From: an uncultured Gammaproteobacteria bacterium
GTDB lineage: Bacteria; Patescibacteriota; Microgenomatia; UBA1406; HO2-37-13b
Assembly (NCBI GenBank): GCA_964413645.1
Contig: CAYPSA010000001.1
Coordinates: 8,389-72,388, forward strand
DNA length: 64,000 bases
Direction: 5' to 3'
In this document: positions 62,720-64,000 of the stretch, piece by piece
Layout: every line of letters starts with the position of its first letter
Numbering within the stretch: the first letter of the stretch is position 1
Program-made: the position numbers and the translations under genes
The notes under the pieces: model-generated
What the model saw: only the letters and a program-made list of their open reading frames with translations
Told to the model about the DNA's origin: nothing
The model's database searches: none

Positions 62720-64000
62720 TATCAAAAAAATAAAGAAACGTTTTTTAACTCGCTACCCAAAGTTTAAAAAAAGATCCTACGTAATCTCTGTCATTGCTGC
62801 TACGATTGGGTTACTAGCCGCGGTCCTTTTCTATATTTTCATTTTGCACGGTCTTCCAAATCCAAAAGGGCTCAAAAACTACAAAGTTATTCCTGTTTCA
62901 ACGCAAATTATGGATCGCAAAGGTCGGTTATTGTATGAAATTTTCCGTGAACAGAATCGCACCACTATTAAGATTAAAGATCTTCCCGATCATGTAAAAA
63001 AGGCAACGATTGCGATTGAAGATAAAGATTTTTATAAGCACGGCGGTATTTCCATTATTGGAGGTATGTTTCGCGCATTCAAAGATAGCGTTATTCTCAA
63101 TCGAGGTGTTCAAGGAGGATCTACCATTACTCAGCAGCTGGTAAAATCTGCGCTTCTTACACCTGAGCGCACCATACAACGAAAAGTACGCGAAATTGTA
63201 TTAGCAGTTTGGACAGAAGAAATTTTAACTAAAGAAGAAATTCTTGAACTATATTTAAATCAGGTTCCCTATGGAGGAGTTTCGTATGGTATCGAGGAAG
63301 CTTCACGAACTTATTTTGGTAAGCACGCCAAAGAACTCGATATCGCTCAAGCAGCCTTTTTGGCTGGTTTACCCCAGGCTCCAAGTTTATATTCTCCCTA
63401 TACAAATCCCAATGCAGCAAAACGCCGACAGGCAGAAGTGCTTAAAGTTATGGCAAGTGAAGGGTACATAACGCAACAGCAACGACAAAAAGCATTATCG
63501 CAGAACCTAGAAATCCTTCCCCCAAAAAAAACCATTCATGCACCACATTTCGTGTTTTATGTAAAAGATATTCTTGATAAAGAGTACGGAGTAACAACAA
63601 TTGAAGAAGGTGGACTTCAAGTGTACACATCGCTTGACTTAGATGTGCAAAAAACTGCCGAACAGGCGGTTAATGAAGAAGTTGCAAAAATTAAATATTT
63701 ACGCGCGGGAAATGGCGCCGCGCTCGTAACCCGTCCTTCAACCGGAGAAATATTGGCGATGGTCGGTTCAACTGATTTTTTTGCTACTGCTTCAGGGTCG
63801 TATAATGTAACGACCGCACTTCGCCAGCCAGGGTCATCTATTAAACCGCTCAATTTCGCTGTTGGAATCGATCGAAAGCTTGTAAGTCCTGCTACACTTT
63901 TTCTTGACTCAAAAACCTGTTTTCCATCACCCGAAAAGCCGTATTGTCCGGTTAATTATGATGGAAAATATCACGGACTGGTAACACTAAGAAATTCGCT
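62709..64000 (+). CDS. Second penicillin-binding protein 1A paralog, N-terminal part (runs off the window)
   Basis: Hand translation MLSNIKKIKK..; EDKDFYKHGGI, GGSTITQQLVK, SSIKP; no stop before the window end; 11-nt overlap with alaS. Confidence 0.88.
   Translation, partial: MLSNIKKIKKRFLTRYPKFKKRSYVISVIAATIGLLAAVLFYIFILHGLPNPKGLKNYKVIPVSTQIMDRKGRLLYEIFREQNRTTIKIKDLPDHVKKATIAIEDKDFYKHGGISIIGGMFRAFKDSVILNRGVQGGSTITQQLVKSALLTPERTIQRKVREIVLAVWTEEILTKEEILELYLNQVPYGGVSYGIEEASRTYFGKHAKELDIAQAAFLAGLPQAPSLYSPYTNPNAAKRRQAEVLKVMASEGYITQQQRQKALSQNLEILPPKKTIHAPHFVFYVKDILDKEYGVTTIEEGGLQVYTSLDLDVQKTAEQAVNEEVAKIKYLRAGNGAALVTRPSTGEILAMVGSTDFFATASGSYNVTTALRQPGSSIKPLNFAVGIDRKLVSPATLFLDSKTCFPSPEKPYCPVNYDGKYHGLVTLRNS

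Overview
AT-rich bacterial chromosome segment. The gene content and order suggest a Candidate Phyla Radiation / Patescibacteria-type genome, mainly because no L30 gene sits between rpsE and rplO; this lineage call is an inference. Backbone: rpoB (3' part)-rpoC-rpsL-rpsG-fusA. A wedge of about 22 kb of accessory genes (9.0-30.9 kb) then splits fusA from tuf. After the wedge come tuf-rpsJ and a nearly complete S10/spc/alpha ribosomal-protein cluster running through secY, adk, map, infA, rpoA, rplQ, rplM and rpsI (32.2-49.8 kb). Downstream are a HigB/HigA-like toxin-antitoxin pair, cell-envelope genes (VanW, a solute-binding protein, sortase, two PBP1A paralogs) and alaS. The most unusual items: (1) a visibly GC-richer four-gene island (27.1-29.5 kb) of unrecognisable proteins whose intergenic DNA consists of two pairs of near-identical leader blocks (A-ORF1-A-ORF2-B-ORF3-B-ORF4), with Shine-Dalgarno-led starts unlike the host genes; (2) a tRNA-Lys(UUU) locus holding a GIY-YIG gene that starts inside the T-loop of a truncated tRNA-like gene, plus two 106-nt tandem tRNA-like units with a 10-bp anticodon stem; (3) a GT9 (heptosyltransferase)-like gene abutting rpsJ inside the S10 operon, followed by a promoter-plus-terminator leader in front of rplC; (4) a REP-associated tyrosine transposase (RAYT) flanked by its REP hairpins, with two REP copies inserted in frame in a neighbouring CAP-domain gene. 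Smaller observations: about 15 genes have a -10 box 5-9 nt upstream of the ATG (leaderless design), a TAATATG stop/start junction recurs, a conserved 42-nt element follows three stop codons, rpsS is relocated, rpmG lies between secY and adk, and Adk is fused to a second P-loop kinase domain. No rRNA, CRISPR array or integrase was seen.
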